Below, one piece after another: positions 32,761 to 44,555 of a stretch of 64,000 nt of DNA. The stretch lies in contig NW_003314323.1 of assembly GCF_000143415.4 (NCBI RefSeq), forward strand, positions 376,499 to 440,498, given 5' to 3'. Every line of letters begins with the position of its first letter. The stretch's first letter is position 1. The DNA is from Selaginella moellendorffii (taxonomy: Eukaryota; Plantae; Lycopodiophyta). Both the position numbers and the translations under genes were made by a program. A model generated the notes under the pieces. That model was not told where the DNA came from, did not search any database, and was given only the letters and a program-made list of their open reading frames with translations.

Positions 32761-34649
32761 TCAGACAATAAGGTCGCAGTCGAGAGTACGAAACAAGAAT
32801 TCAATCTCTTCGGCACGAACGCTTTCTAACTGAGCAGGCTGCCACTTTGGTTTCTGGAAGACAGTATTATAAGCTCAACGGTGAGAAGAGAGTAAATTTA
32901 CCTGGTCCTTGTCTACTAGAACAGCTCGAACTCCTTCAAAGAAGTCATCTCGAACGGCAATTCGAAGAGCCATACGATACTCCGCTTTCATTACGTCCTC
33001 AATCTACCATAATTTCACGAACATTAGATAACGAAAAAAACAAAGCGCAAGCATACCTGTGCGGATGGATTCAAAACCACTGAGGAGAAATGCTTGTGAG
33101 TGGCTTCCAGGCTGAATGGTGCGGCCTTTTGAATCCCCGCGAGAGCAGCTTTTGCCCACCCGGCAACTGGAAGAAACAACGTAAAAAAGCTCAGAACAAT
33201 GCTAAACTTCTAGACCTTTCGCATCCGAAGAGTGTTGCTCTTTCTCCAAAGCCTTTATTGATTCGGAGACCGATTTATCTGGACCGAAAGCTGAGGATAT
33301 GCGAGGCAACAGCGTCTTGAGCTGGGCAGGAGCTTCAGGTTTACCGCCGAAAACTTTGAGGGCATCTTCCACTGCTTCAGAAGCATTGGACCTTATAGAA
33401 TCAACGTTAACATAGAACCATCCAAAAAGTGAGAAGCTTCTTACAAGTCCTTCGCCAGGAGAGATTCCTTCAACGATGACAAGTTCTCCGAAGGCACGAA
33501 ATGCGTTCCCAGTCCCACAAAGAGAGCATCAGCAGGTTCATTGACTCGCGCACCGGATAAACCGAGATAAGTTCCTGCAATCTCAAGCTATTTCACATCC
33601 ACAAGGAAAACAAAAAGACAAACAATCTTTCTACGAAACTCACCTACAGCTCCATTTGCAGGAGTTCGAGCTGCTATATATGCAAAACCAACGTCTGGAA
33701 ACAAGCCGATTCCATTCTCAGGCATGGCAAGAACCGTCCTCTGATCACAAAACAAACGCAAAGCTTAGCTTCGAAACGAGCCAAGGTAAAACGCCACAGA
33801 CCTCGGTAATCACGCGATACTTGCCATGGCCCGACAAGCCGATGCCAAAACCCATGGTTATCCCGTCCATCAACGAGATGTAAGGTTTTTGGTAGCGAGC
33901 AATCGTGCAGATTAAGCTGTACTCAGCTGAGAACACCTACATTAGAAAACAACGAGATTTGTCAGCCTCAGAAGTTGATAGTGCATGCATTAGACAAATA
34001 GGAATGGAAAAGAAGAAAAAAAAAGAAAGAAAGGAAACAATGCAACCTTGACAGCCAGTTTATGCATCCCAAATAACTTGCAGCCAGTGGTGGTCATCCA
34101 CTTTACATCTCCTCCTGCATTTACTCTTGTCAAGAAAACAAAATTTAAGCTCTAGACTAGACATGGTGCACGAAAAGCTTTTCCTATGGAAGTCTTTCAA
34201 AGCAGGCAGCCTGAGAGACACCCTTGAAATTCAGACCTGTTGCAAGAGAGGTGAATGGATGTCATCTTTTAGAGTCGCTGCGAGCCACTTCACATCCATT
34301 CCTGCATGAGGATTAAGTAGTGAAACAGGCAAAAACGAATTCCCTCGTCTAAAGTTCTAACTGAGAAATAAATTTGATCAGGACTTTACCTGCGGAGAAT
34401 GCGCGCGACGAGCTGCTTTCCACAAGAACGGCCTTCACAGCGGGATTCGCTGCCCATTCGTCAAGATAGTTCTTATACGCCACATCCATGTCTGATCAAG
34501 AGATTTCGATGAGAGAGCTGGAGAATGTAGCTCATAAAAACCCAAGAAATTTCTGGAGTACCTAGATTCATCGCGTTGAGAGCCTTGGGCCGATCAAGCG
34601 TGAGCACAGCCAGGCCATTCGGCGAGACGCTCCCTCGAACGAACTCCAT
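32761..34649 (-). CDS. 3-hydroxyisobutyryl-CoA hydrolase-like protein (crotonase family), multi-exon
   Basis: Manual exons give [42 protein letters not shown]...[62 protein letters not shown] and KPKWQP...LIV*. Confidence 0.92.
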
Positions 34650-34751
34650 AGCCTAGCTACAAATCCCAAACCCTGGAATCTAAATTTTGTCTGCCTGCCA
34701 AAACATAAAGTAAATGCCCGGGAATATCCCCGATTTTGAAATTTAAAAAGC

Positions 34752-36806
34752 ATGGATTTTGCCGCCGTGGAGCGGCTCATCAGATGCGAGCCACTCCCGC
34801 GAGCCCGGGACATCGTCCAGTCCGTACAGAGAAAGAGCCCTACTTCTGGCACATACCTGGCCAATCTCCTGGTCCAGCGGTACGGCCGATGCGGCGACAT
34901 CGATCAGGCTTTGAAGATCTTCCACTCGATCGAGGCCAAGGACTCCTTCTCATGGAATCTGATGCTAGCGGCGTATGCCCAGAATGGGAGACTCGAGGAG
35001 TCCGAGACCTTCTTCTCGGCAATGCCACACAAGGATCTAGTTTCGTGGACGACGATGCTATCGGCCTACTCAAGCGATGGCAAGCTCGACGATGCGCGGT
35101 GGATCTTCGATCAGATGCCACACAGAAGCATCGCGTCGTGGAACGCGATGCTTACTGCGTATGCCGCGTCGGGGCATCTGGAGGGTGTTAAGTTGTTCTT
35201 TGATTCCATGCAGAAGACCAACATGGTTTCGTGGATCACGCTTCTCAACGCGTACACGAAGCTGGGATCTTTCGATGAAGCTAGAGATATCTTCAACTCC
35301 ATGCCCGATCGGAGCCTGGCCGCCTGGAACTCGATCCTCACGGCTGCTGCTCACAAGGGGGAATTTGCTGATGCCGAGGAGATTTTTCTAAGACTGCTGC
35401 CATGCCGGGACATCAGGTCATGGAACTCGATGCTCGGAGCTGTAGCGAAATCACAAAGTATTGCAAGAACACAGGACTTTTTTCATAGCTCAATGCCGGA
35501 GATGAATATAATGTCATGGACTACAATGCTCGCGGCATTGGCCAACAATGGGGATTTCGGTAAGGCTAGCGCTTTTCTTAACTCCATGCCCGTCTCAAAC
35601 ATCGTCTCTTGGAACTCCCTTCTTTGCGCTTCCACAAAAGCTGGAGACTACGTAGGATCAAGTAGAATATTCGATGCAATGCCAGAGCACCACCTTCCCT
35701 CGTGCAATGCGGTACTCGAAGCATATTCCCAGCTCGGGTATCCTCATCGTGTTAGACTCTTATTTGATTCTATGCCCGAGCGCGATATGGCGACGTGGAC
35801 AATAGTATTAACGGCATATTCTCAGCTACGGCATCTTGCCTTGGTAGAAGATGTCTTTAACAATATGCCTTTTCACGACCTTTTTTCGTGGACAGCTATG
35901 CTCTCAGCATATTCACTTAACGGGAATCTTTCAAAGTGCGAGAAGTTGTTTCTCTCCATGAAAAACGTTGACTTTGTTTGTGTGAATGCTATGGTCACTG
36001 CTTATGCCCGAAACGGACATCTTGAAGAGTGCAAGTCTCTCTTTGATAAAACATCATCATCGAACCTTGTGCTACGGAATTCGATGCTATCAGCCTTTTG
36101 CAAAGCTGGTTATATCAACGATGCAAAAACTTTGTTTGACTCAATGCCAGAGAGAGACTTGGTTTCCTGGAATTCCATCCTTGATGTGTATTGTGAAAAT
36201 GGGGATTTGGAGGAAACAAAGTTCTTGTTTGACCTCATGCCCGAGAAATCAATTGTCTCGTTCAACATCATGTTAGCGGCCTATAGCCAGGGTCAACAGG
36301 TGGATTTGGCGAGGACGTTTTTTGAAACAATGCCAGAATGGGATCTTGTGTCTTGGAGCACAATGCTTGCAATGAACACACACAATGGGCGCTTTTCTGA
36401 GACAATCAAGTGTTTTGGATCCATGGCACTTGAAGCTGTAGAGGCAGATCTAGTCTCCTTCACATCAGTTCTCCTGGGTTGCAACCATGCAGGAGATCTC
36501 AAAACAGGGCTCTTGATATTTTTATCCATGGGATTTGATTATGGTATAGAGAATCCGACTAAGCAGCAGTATGGTTGTGTTATTGACTTGGTGGCAAGAG
36601 CTGGGTATTTGGAAGTAGCCGAGAGTTTGATTCTTAGCATGCCTTTTGTTGCTGAAGTTTCAGATTGGATGTGTTTAATCTCGGCTTGTTGCAACCATAA
36701 TCAAGGTTTTGAGGTTGGTCGTAGGGCTTACAATAAAGCAGCAGCACTGAATACAAAGGCATCTGGGTCATTTGTGTTGATGTCAAATATTTTCTCGTTA
36801 CAATAA
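34752..36806 (+). CDS. PLS-class PPR protein (E-type, no DYW)
   Basis: 684-aa intronless ORF of short PPR motifs ending QYGCVIDLVARAG and SFVLMSNIF. Confidence 0.93.
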   Translation: MDFAAVERLIRCEPLPRARDIVQSVQRKSPTSGTYLANLLVQRYGRCGDIDQALKIFHSIEAKDSFSWNLMLAAYAQNGRLEESETFFSAMPHKDLVSWTTMLSAYSSDGKLDDARWIFDQMPHRSIASWNAMLTAYAASGHLEGVKLFFDSMQKTNMVSWITLLNAYTKLGSFDEARDIFNSMPDRSLAAWNSILTAAAHKGEFADAEEIFLRLLPCRDIRSWNSMLGAVAKSQSIARTQDFFHSSMPEMNIMSWTTMLAALANNGDFGKASAFLNSMPVSNIVSWNSLLCASTKAGDYVGSSRIFDAMPEHHLPSCNAVLEAYSQLGYPHRVRLLFDSMPERDMATWTIVLTAYSQLRHLALVEDVFNNMPFHDLFSWTAMLSAYSLNGNLSKCEKLFLSMKNVDFVCVNAMVTAYARNGHLEECKSLFDKTSSSNLVLRNSMLSAFCKAGYINDAKTLFDSMPERDLVSWNSILDVYCENGDLEETKFLFDLMPEKSIVSFNIMLAAYSQGQQVDLARTFFETMPEWDLVSWSTMLAMNTHNGRFSETIKCFGSMALEAVEADLVSFTSVLLGCNHAGDLKTGLLIFLSMGFDYGIENPTKQQYGCVIDLVARAGYLEVAESLILSMPFVAEVSDWMCLISACCNHNQGFEVGRRAYNKAAALNTKASGSFVLMSNIFSLQ

Positions 36807-36989
36807 CTAATATTTAAACCCACCAACAAAGACTTTAAAAGAGTTTTTTATTTGAGTAGTAAATATTATTGAATAAAGTAAACATATGGTGGCTGGCTCT
36901 ATCTCAAATTTCCCTTTCACAATTGTAAGTTCATTTTGTTCAGCCGGCTTTGAAGAAGTAACTGATGCATGGCAGTTAAGCACAACTGC

Positions 36990-37560
36990 GCTTTTGGTGT
37001 CCATTTGGCAAAGCTTGTGGCTGGTAAATCATAAATGCTGCATAGATTTGGTGAAGAACAGCAACAGTCTTGGCACAGATCCTTCATACTGGTTGTCAGA
37101 TTGTCTATTCGATTGCACCCACGCAACGCCTGTCATGGCTGCTGCATAGCCAACCGGACCAATTTGTATCGTGTATCAGCACATATTTGGGATACATGGG
37201 TGGAGCCTTCAACATTGCGAGGTAGAGCTGTGGAACTTAACGAGTATCACTAATGTTTCTAGTTGCAAGGAGGGATTTTGCGGCTTCTGGCCTCGTTGGA
37301 GCCAGTGGTCTCGGTGGTGGTTGTTCGTGGCCTCTTCCTTTTGGCACCAATGGAGGTTCGTTTCTTTGTCTGTCTTGACAGTCTCGTCAAGACTCACCGA
37401 TTCGGAAATGAAAACGCAGGCAATACCTTCGATTCTTTTACTACCTCGAGCTTTTGGTAGCGAACAGTGCATTTGTTTCAACTCCAAATTGTAATTATGA
37501 GGAAAACCACTTACCTTTGTGTACAGCGTTTAGTGGCATTTTTTTAGAAAAGTGTCCGAC
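36990..37560 (+). pseudogene. Possible heavily eroded MATE-family transporter remnant
   Basis: Collinear frameshifted fragments resemble MATE motifs: GKACG (CGQAYGA), DTW, ILRL, WWLF.GLFLLA (LEWWSFE), VCLD and RFGNENAGN (RVSNELGAGN). Pattern recognition only. Confidence 0.35.
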
Positions 37561-37992
37561 AACTCCGACTCTTTTCGAAAGGCAGCAACAGCCGGATTTT
37601 CTGAAGATGGCTCAAGCAGCTTTGCAAAAACCAGAACTGGAGGTTGTTGCGGAGGTACGTATGGCTAGGATTCAATTACTACAGAACTTGCAGAAATTTT
37701 TTCCAAAGCACCATCAAACTGCATCCCTGTCAAAGCATCTAGAAATCATAAAAATATTTCAGGGATCTTGTCCTATTTAGCTATGGACAGAATATCATGT
37801 TACACGTGACAGTGCTCGGTTGTCTTCGACATGACATATTAACAGCTGGGTTTTTTAATTGGTGTGGTCCTAATGGAAAGACGACTTGCTTCTGGCTAAG
37901 CATGACTATGATGGGAGATCAGCAGCAAGAATGTTTCTGCTAGCTATTTATCTTCGTTACTCTGAGACTGTGTGATGGTGCGAGAGTAGAGA

Positions 37993-39444
37993 ATGGAGAA
38001 CGAAGAAGCAAAAATTTCTGGGTCAGTCAAGGCAGTTCCTGGTGGATATGGGCTTCCTTTCTTCGGAGCAATGAGAGATAGGCTCGAATTGTATTGGTTC
38101 CAAGGGGATGTTGAATTTTTCAAGAGGCGGATTGAGAAATACAAGAGCACAGTATTCAGGACGAACTTTGCTCCGGGGCCTCCAGGTTATCAGAATCCCA
38201 GAGGTGTAGCTTTACTGGATCACAAAAGTTTCCAGGTGATGCTCGACAACAGCAAAGTGGACAAGAGCGACACCTTCTTCGGAACTGCAATGCCGAGTGT
38301 TGCATTCACGGGTGGCTATCGCGCTCTGCCATATCTGGACACCACCGAAGAGAAGCATACTTTGTACAAGCGCCTGCTCATCGAGCTACTGCACATGAAG
38401 TTCTCAAGTATGGTGACCGAGTATAGCAAGGCTTTCGCTGAAACATCTGCCACATGGGAGTTGGCCGTGGCGAAGTCTGGAAAAGCCGAGGTTGGAGACT
38501 CGAGTGGTAGCATGGTGGTGAATGTTCTTCTGAAGAGCATCACTGGGCATCAGGATCCAGCTTCCATCATTGGAAGTGATCCACACTCAACATTCCAGAC
38601 ATGGTCTTTCGTGCAGTTTGCAGGAACCGTTGTTGGCGTGCTTCCGCACTTTGTGGAAGAGCTGACTTACCACTCGTTCTCTCTGCCTTCGATGTTGGTG
38701 AAGTCTAAGTACGCTGCTCTGTGCAAGTTCTTCAGGAATTATGCAACCGAAGCTTTAGATCTGGCGGAGAGCAAGTATGGCCTGGACAGAGAAGAGGCTG
38801 TGCACCAGCTGGTTTTCTGCTTTGGAGTGAACGCAAGAGTGGGGCTGATGAAGAAAATTCCAGTTATGGTCTACTACATCGCCAAAATGGGTCCTGAATT
38901 TCAAGCTAGACTTGCAAACGAGGTACGTTCGGCTATCAGTGAACAGGGAGGCGGTGGTTTCAATGTGAAAGCACTATCAGGCATGCCTCTGCTCAAATCA
39001 ACAGTTTTAGAGGCTTTCAGGTTGATGCCATCCACATTTTTTGTCTATGCTCGTGCCAGAGAAGATATAGTCGTCGAAAGCCACGATGCTTTGTACAAAG
39101 TTGGGAAAGGCGAGCTTCTTGGTGCTCATTGGTACTATGTTTTGAGGGATCCTAAGGTGTTTGAGGATCCGCAGCGGTTCAATCCTGAGAGGTTTATGGG
39201 GAAACAAGGAGAGGCTTTGTTTCCGCAGCTGGTCTGGTCGAATGGAAGGCAGGATCAAACACCTGGTGAAAATGATAAGCAGTGTCCTGCTAAAGATTAC
39301 GCTGTGATGCTCACCAGTCAGTTTGTAGCTGAAATGTTTTTGAAGTATGATGCTTTCGAGATCACTGACGATTCTACGATTGATACAACAAGTCTCAAGG
39401 TGGCTTTCAAATCGTTGAAGAAGCGTACACAAATTTCTTCATAA
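37993..39444 (+). CDS. CYP74: CYP74-family cytochrome P450 (fatty-acid hydroperoxide-metabolising; AOS/HPL/DES/EAS clan), intronless
   Basis: Motifs PGGYGLPFFG, KYKSTVFRTN, FTGGYRALPYLD, E-x-x-R (EAFR), F-x-PERF, WSNG and the heme motif NDKQCPAKD. Confidence 0.95.
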   Translation: MENEEAKISGSVKAVPGGYGLPFFGAMRDRLELYWFQGDVEFFKRRIEKYKSTVFRTNFAPGPPGYQNPRGVALLDHKSFQVMLDNSKVDKSDTFFGTAMPSVAFTGGYRALPYLDTTEEKHTLYKRLLIELLHMKFSSMVTEYSKAFAETSATWELAVAKSGKAEVGDSSGSMVVNVLLKSITGHQDPASIIGSDPHSTFQTWSFVQFAGTVVGVLPHFVEELTYHSFSLPSMLVKSKYAALCKFFRNYATEALDLAESKYGLDREEAVHQLVFCFGVNARVGLMKKIPVMVYYIAKMGPEFQARLANEVRSAISEQGGGGFNVKALSGMPLLKSTVLEAFRLMPSTFFVYARAREDIVVESHDALYKVGKGELLGAHWYYVLRDPKVFEDPQRFNPERFMGKQGEALFPQLVWSNGRQDQTPGENDKQCPAKDYAVMLTSQFVAEMFLKYDAFEITDDSTIDTTSLKVAFKSLKKRTQISS

Positions 39445-40401
39445 ACGTGCTCAATCGATATCCTGGCCAGTGAAATATGAAGCCTGACAGCACGTTGGTT
39501 CAATAAACAACTTATCAATCACCTTCAGAGCACTCAACACCTGGCAGAAGTCTAGACAAATGCTTCGGATAGACATCAGCCATACCAAACACTGCAGGAT
39601 TATTTGAATAATTTTATTGTATAATATCAATATTTAATGAGTAGATTTCTAAATATAGCTTGTAGTTTAGATGCATTATTCTTGAATTAGAAATTATAAT
39701 AAAAGATGGTAAGAGGGAAACTATAACTATTATATGGCAATCATCCTAGGTGTGCGTGGCGTAGCATAAACTAAATTATACTGCAAGCTAAATCAATCAA
39801 AACATATGTCTATTTGAATTGTTTAAACACATATGTGACTCACAAAATAATTTAGACATAATTTTTTTCAAAGCATCGCCATGTTTGCATGGTCTTTTAA
39901 ACACTAGCGCCATATATGAATTCTACAATTGGTTTGTCACCATGCGGCACCAAGGAATAGACAGGTGGGCGTCAAAGGCAATTGTGTTGATCTCACTCAG
40001 TAGCCTCTACTACCACCGCCTTTCTAGAACTCTTGGCGCAATCTCAACAACACCCTTGGGCGAGATCCCTTTACATGTGCCGAAGATCAAGCACCCAGAT
40101 CCCAGCCACAATCTCCTCCAAAGTGCCACCTTCAATTGTTTTGTGTCTCCATTGCCCGATCTCACCTCAAAGTCTCTCATGGGAAGGATTAATCTTTGAA
40201 TTTGCCCATCAATCTACAGCCAAGAAAACCATAAAAAAAGTCACAACAAGTGCTTTGCACTTGCCAAGCATGGATTGAATTGAATCACTAAAAAATTTGA
40301 ACTCATAAAATTAGAATATTCTTAAAGCCTACCTAACTTAAAAATATTTGACTTGAAAGTTTTTAACTGTTGAAAAGAAAAAGAATATCTAGTACCATTC
40401 T

Positions 40402-42375
40402 TCAAGCTTGTTTCTTGATTTTGTGAGGACTGGCAACCGTCTCAGCTCGCTGGCAGGCAGCCATGGTTTTGACATGCTCAAACTCATCGCCCTACACAAC
40501 ATGATCCATCAGCATTTCTACAGCGTAAGCTACCAAACTTACCTTAATTGCTACGAACACATCATAAAGGCTATCCACCTTTGGTCTTCTGCTTTCAGGA
40601 GCTCGGCTTGTTTGGAATTCATCGAACCTGCAATGCAAAGATCAGATTCCTATACTAAAAGACGCCTGCATTTTTTACTTACATATATAAGTCTTCGTTC
40701 TCGTAGTATGCCACAGCTTCTGGCGATGGAGGGAGTTGTTTGAGGAGTTCCTCATTCTCGTCGAAAAATTGGCCGTAAGTGTCCACTGTTTGTTCGATGA
40801 AACACATAAATTGATAGAATCCGTGGAAGATTGATCATTTCATACCTGCATGCATTTCTATTAGCTCTGAGAAATTGTAGGCGACTTTGGGCGAGACGAA
40901 AAACATGAAGTTCAGAATCTGCATTTAGATGACAGATATCGATTAGTCTTGCTTGTGAGCCAAAATAAACATACCCAGTAATAAAAGAATGCTGCATGCT
41001 GCCCGAAGAATCGATCTCCCCATAGCAAATCTCCTCCAAGAGATTCCATGATTTTTAGATGGTGCATTTCATTCCATTCCTGGCAAACCATCGTAAGTAG
41101 AATAGAAGAGAAACTGAAAAAATGTACCTCTGCAAAATGGACTTTCCTTACATCCGCACCTACACGCCACCTACAAAAATAGTGAAGAAGATCAAGTCGC
41201 CAGCGGAATAACGCAAGCTCGCGAATACTAACCAGCCAAGAGTTTCGTACAAATGCAGCATAGAAATATATCTGTAAAGTTCGAAGTCAAGGATTCTCGG
41301 CCTTCGAAACAAAAGCCTTTAACTCAAGGATACGAAAAGTAAGGCATTCTTGCTACGGTTTCCAGAAACCAGAAGCGTTGAATTGGCCTGCCCTCAAAGA
41401 TTACATCTAGCATCTGCAATCACGAAATAAGATTAGAAATCAAATGTAATCGTACCAGAGAAAAACTGCGAAGACTACAAGCTCGGAAGCATGCATACCC
41501 AACAAAGAGCGTAATACGGACCAAGAATCCACCAGGGAGCCTCAACAGGCGGTCGATTGCGCTCCCTCTCCCAGACGGCGTCTCTGTTCAGTGTTAGCTT
41601 CGCGAGAGCTTTTCTGAGATCCTCTTGCTCCGTGTCAAGCTCCTGCATGAAATACAATGAGCTCTAGCAAGCACTCTCACGCTCACTTACCAGGAGCTCT
41701 TCTTTCAGCACTGGCAATCCATCGTAAAGTTGGAGTATCTTGTCGAATCCTCTGAAAAAGAGAACAAATCCACGTCCCAAGTAAGCAGCACCAACACCAA
41801 GTGGTTTGGAGTCTGAAAAGGCATCGTTAGAACAACCGGAAGCTAAGATTTAGCTACCACCTTCTGAGATTTCAAACTCTCCAAACAGATAGCTTCGTCT
41901 CAGCGCCTGGAAGTATAGAACCAACGTGTGAAGGAGGAGGAAACAATGGACAACGGATATAAACCTTCCATTCTCGACCAAAGTTCTCGAATGCGAGCCT
42001 GAAAAAACTCCCAGGAACACTGGGACCTTGGCGAAGGAACTTTGCTTGGAAGCCATAGTTGAAAGCAATTCTCTTTGGCTTGTGCGAGTGCGTGATAGAT
42101 AGATGCTCCTCGATCGCCTCCAACCTGAGCTCGCGGCTGGATTGCGCAATGGAAGACGGCGAATCATTCCCAACGCTTCCTTGAGCCCTCACAAGCAGCA
42201 ATTGAGCCCTATCGTTGCGGATTTTGGTAGAACCAGGGCAAGCAAGCCGACGGAAACTTACGCGAGCGCTAAAGAAGCTGGAATCGAGGCGCCTTGATCG
42301 CCGAGCTGGAGAATGCAAGAATTTTCGATCGCTGGAGCTTGGATCAGTGCTGGCGGCGCAGCTACACAGCGCCAT
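40402..42375 (-). CDS. PTOX: Plastid terminal oxidase (diiron plastoquinol oxidase), multi-exon, with long N-terminal extension
   Basis: Ser/Arg-rich transit peptide MALCSCAAS. Exons give [57 protein letters not shown]...[12 protein letters not shown] and [13 protein letters not shown]. Confidence 0.93.
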
Positions 42376-42601
42376 TTTCCCAGAAACAAAGACGAGAAGA
42401 ATAACGAGTACTCTAGAGCTCTGATACCTTAGAACCACTAGGAGCACGACGGGTGGCTTCATCTCAGCCGTTGATTCTAGGGCTCTAGAGAATATCTTTT
42501 TCTTTGGCACCAAGGAAGCCCTTTTTACATCAACGGCTGGGTCCTCTTCAAAACCACTTGGTCATATTCCGTGAATTTCCATCGATCGATCCATCGCGAG
42601 A

Positions 42602-43799
42602 ATGCAAAGCGCCAGAGGTGGAATCCTTAGGCTGGTAGTGCGGCGGATCTCTACTCCATCCGCGGCGGCGCCGCTCGCTTCATCGAAGATCGCCGCTGTT
42701 CTCCCAGGCAGGGTTTTTCAGTTGTTCGATCTTGGAGGTGGCGCTAGGGATTACGGATCTGTCGCAGCAGCGGTGAAAAGCGAGGAGGCCGAGGCCGATC
42801 TCCAATTCCAGGAGCAGCCGCCGGAAAAGAAAGATGAGAAGAAGGACGTGGTGGTCTCCGACTACTGGGGAATCCTCCCCAAGAAGCTCGTCGACGAGCA
42901 AGGCAAGCCATGGCCGTGGAATTCCTTCAGGGTAAGCGCGATCGCATTCGTCTTTTTGGAAATTTCTTGCTTCTCACCGAGATTTTCGGCTTCTCTCGCA
43001 GCCGACCGAAGCGTATGCTCCAGATTTGACCATCGATCTCAAGAAGCACCACAATCCCGTGTCGGTGGTCGATAAGCTTGCGTACTGGACTGTTAAGACG
43101 CTGCGTATTCCAACCGATATCTTCTTCCAGGTATGCTCGCATGGCGAAATTTTTTTTTTCTCTTAGTTGATGGTTTGATCTTTGAATCCAAAGAGGAGGT
43201 ACGGATGCCGGGCTATGATGCTGGAGACTGTGGCTGGAGTTCCCGGGATGGTGGGTGGCATGCTCTTGCACTGCAAATCCTTGCGCCGATTCGAGCACAG
43301 TGGGGGATGGATCAAAGCTCTGCTCGAGGAGGCCGAGAACGAGCGGATGCATCTCATGACTTTCATGGAGGTTGTCCAGCCCAAGTGGTACGAGCGGGCG
43401 TTGGTGTTTACGGTCCAGGGGGTGTTCTTCAATGCCTACTTCCTGTGCTACGTGCTTTTCCCTCGATTGGCACACAGGATAGTGGGCTACCTGGAAGAAG
43501 AAGCGATCCATTCCTACACGCAGTACCTCAAGGAGATCGACAAGGGAACCATCCCCAACGTTCCCGCTCCCGCCATCGCGATTGACTACTGGCGCCTTCC
43601 AAAGGATGCAAAGATGCGTGACGTTGTGGAAGTTGTCCGAGCTGATGAGGCGCACCACCGAGACGTAAATCACTTTGCAGCTGTAAGTTTTGTTCTCCTC
43701 TTTGCTTTTTTCTTGGTAACGTGAAGTCTCTTTGTGCAGGATATTCACAAGGCTGGCAAGGAACTGCGCTCGGCCGCTGCTCCTTTGAGCTACCACTGA
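42602..43799 (+). CDS. AOX: Mitochondrial alternative oxidase, 4 exons
   Basis: Presequence [15 protein letters not shown], then [55 protein letters not shown] and terminal APLSYH*. Confidence 0.97.
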
Positions 43800-44555
43800 T
43801 AAGATCCCTGAGCAAGCATGCAGAAGGAATACGAAGAGTTTACAATAAAAAAGAGGAGGTAAATACATACATGCTGCCTTTCTAACAGGTGGCAAATCTA
43901 TGTCTTACTTATAGCAGCAGCTTTCTCTTTCGTTAAACTACGTGAAAGCCAAGAACAGTCGATTCGCGTCGAGGGTCAAAACAAAATAAATCCCTCTGCG
44001 ACGTCGACAAATCTTTGCAATCAATAAGAAGGCTTTTCATGTGGCAAGAAAAACCAGAGGTCACGAAGATTCAAGAGCTCGCGACTTGAGTGGCCTGATC
44101 ACAGTCTGGTCACGACGGAAGGGTGTCCGTGATTCATCTGAAAGCTCAGTTCTTGTTCGGCTCGGCCACAGTGGTGGCTCTTGTGATCTTGTCCTGGCGC
44201 TCTTAAATTAGATTGATCGTCGAGGGGGGCTCAAGAACAGGATCAAACAGAGGGGCACTCTGCGACTTAAGTGAAATCTCAAGGGAGGTTTTTGGCCGGA
44301 AAAAAGGTAGTACCAGACTATACAGTGGGGTGGTGGTACTCGAAAGATTCTCGCTTTTTTTCTCTCGCATTTTGGCTGGGTTCTTCCACTAGCGAGAAAG
44401 AGCTTAGAAGAAAGTCTGTGGCGTTTTGTGGCGCGCATCTCGGAGAGAAGAGCAGAGCTAAACCAGAAACATACATTGTTCTTCCTAGCTAGCTCGAGCG
44501 AAGAACAGGTTTTCGATCGAGTCCCTGCGACTGCGAGAAGTTAACTCTCGGATCC

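Noticed and set aside
39950-40200. GC-richer island with an EEIVAGIW peptide reminiscent of NRPS carrier domains
   Set aside because: Stops in the frames examined and no further motifs. At most an unidentifiable gene remnant.
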